Assembly (NCBI GenBank): GCA_964016885.1
Contig: OZ024740.1
Span: 409,510,001 to 409,574,000 of the forward strand
Origin: Eledone cirrhosa
Lineage: Eukaryota
Reading direction: 5' to 3'
Length of the DNA stretch: 64,000 bases
In this document: one piece after another, positions 62,601 through 64,000 of the stretch
Layout: each line of letters starts with the position of its first letter
Position numbering within the stretch: position 1 is the first letter of the stretch
Translations under genes and position numbers: made by a program
The notes under the pieces: generated by a model
Told to the model about the DNA's origin: nothing
Seen by the model: the letters and a program-made list of their open reading frames with translations, nothing else
The model's database searches: none

Positions 62601-64000
62601 ACGGCATAAGTTCTGGGGTTAAAATGACAGTTGTTAAGGCATAAGTTCTGTGGTTAAAATGGCAGTTGTTAAGACATAAGTTCTGGGGTTAAAATGACAG
62701 TTGTTACGGCATAAGTTCTGGGGTTAAAATGACAGTTGTTACGGCATAAGTTCTGGAGATAAAATGACAGTTGTTAAGACATAAGTTCTGGGGTTAAAAT
62801 GACAGTTGTTACGGCATAAGTTCTGGAGATAAAATGACAGTTGTTAAGACATAAGTTCTGGGGTTAAAATGACAGTTGTTACGGCATAAGTTCTGGAGAT
62901 AAAATGACAGTTGTTAAGACATAAGTTCTGGGGTTAAAATGACAGTTGTTACGGCATAAGTTCTGGAGATAAAATGACAGTTGTTAAGACATAAGTTCTG
63001 GGGTTAAAATGACAGTTGTTAAGGCATAAGTTCTGTGGTTAAAATGACAGTTGTTACGGCATAAGTTCTGGGGATAAAATGACAGTTGTTAAGACATAAG
63101 TTCTGGGGTTAAAATGACAGTTGTTACGGCATAAGTTCTGGGGTTAAAATGACAGTTGTTAAGACATAAGTTCTGGGGTTAAAATGACAGTTGTTAAGGC
63201 ATAAGTTCTGGAGATAAGATGACAGTTGTTAAGGCATAAGTTCTGGAGATAAAATGACAGTTGTTACGGCATAAGTTCTGGGGTTAAAATGACAGTTGTT
63301 AAGACATAAGTTCTGGGGTTAAAATGACAGTTGTTAAGACATAAGTTCTGGGGTTAAAATGACAGTTGTTAAGGTATAAGTTCTGTGGTTAAAATGACAG
63401 TTGTTACGGCATAAGTTCTGGAGATAAAATGACAGTTGTTAAGGCATAAGTTTTGGGGATAAAAATGACAGTTGTTAAGGCATAAGTTCTGGAGATAAGA
63501 TGACAGTTGTTACGGCATAAGTTCTGGAGATAAAATGACAGTTGTTAAGACATAAGTTCTGGGGTTAAAATGACAGTTGTTACGGCATAAGTTCTGGGGT
63601 TAAAATGACAGTTGTTAAGACATAAGTTCTGGGGTTAAAATGACAGTTGTTAAGGCATAAGTTCTGGAGATAAGATGACAGTTGTTACGGCATAAGTTCT
63701 GGAGATAAAATGACAGTTGTTAAGACATAAGTTCTGGGGTTAAAATGACAGTTGTTACGGCATAAGTTCTGGGGTTAAAATGACAGTTGTTAAGACATAA
63801 GTTCTGGGGTTAAAATGACAGTTGTTAAGGCATAAGTTCTGGAGATAAGATGACAGTTGTTAAGGCATAAGTTCTGGAGATAAAATGACAGTTGTTACGG
63901 CATAAGTTCTGGGGTTAAAATGACAGTTGTTAAGACATAAGTTCTGGGGTTAAAATGACAGTTGTTAAGACATAAGTTCTGGGGTTAAAATGACAGTTGT
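47607..64000. repeat. 35-bp satellite CAGTTGTTAAGGCATAAGTTCTGGGGTTAAAATGA, ~470 copies, running off the window end
   Basis: Direct periodicity; recurring variants (GGAGATAA, TTACGG, AAGACA); no ORF is reported in the track for this region. Confidence 0.98.

Noticed and set aside
47607-64000. CRISPR-like array (35-bp period)
   Set aside because: Monomers are head-to-tail with no unique spacers, there are no cas genes, and the context is eukaryotic.

Overview
Repeat-dominated eukaryotic DNA with no host gene I can support. The abundant Nin-domain tRNA-SINE and the microsatellite style suggest an octopus/cephalopod (inference). About 27 kb is tandem satellite: a ~10.4 kb TGTC/TGTG-type array (8.3-18.7 kb) and a 35-bp satellite from 47.6 kb to the window end. 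The rest is nested mobile DNA: two related Penelope-like elements (PLEs; RT + C-terminal GIY-YIG) lying tail-to-tail in a (TA)n tract, a third PLE 3' relic, a cluster of Tx1/L1-like LINE pieces in (ATT)n, R4/Dong-like and RTE LINE fragments, a mariner relic, hAT and Tigger-like MITEs, and a non-autonomous Helitron. The most notable signal is a dense set of minimal type-I hammerhead ribozyme (HHR) motifs, found by eye: 9 recognisable and 2 degenerate. Several sit in non-coding fold-back palindromes with 150-350 bp arms. Each arm carries one HHR, and the two face outward from the centre. Some motifs have a greatly extended stem II. One mini-element has an inverted repeat starting about 3 nt from the predicted self-cleavage site. 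Together these look like a family of non-autonomous, ribozyme-bearing fold-back PLE derivatives. The long Cys/Val/Tyr/Ile ORFs in the ORF track are microsatellite artefacts.
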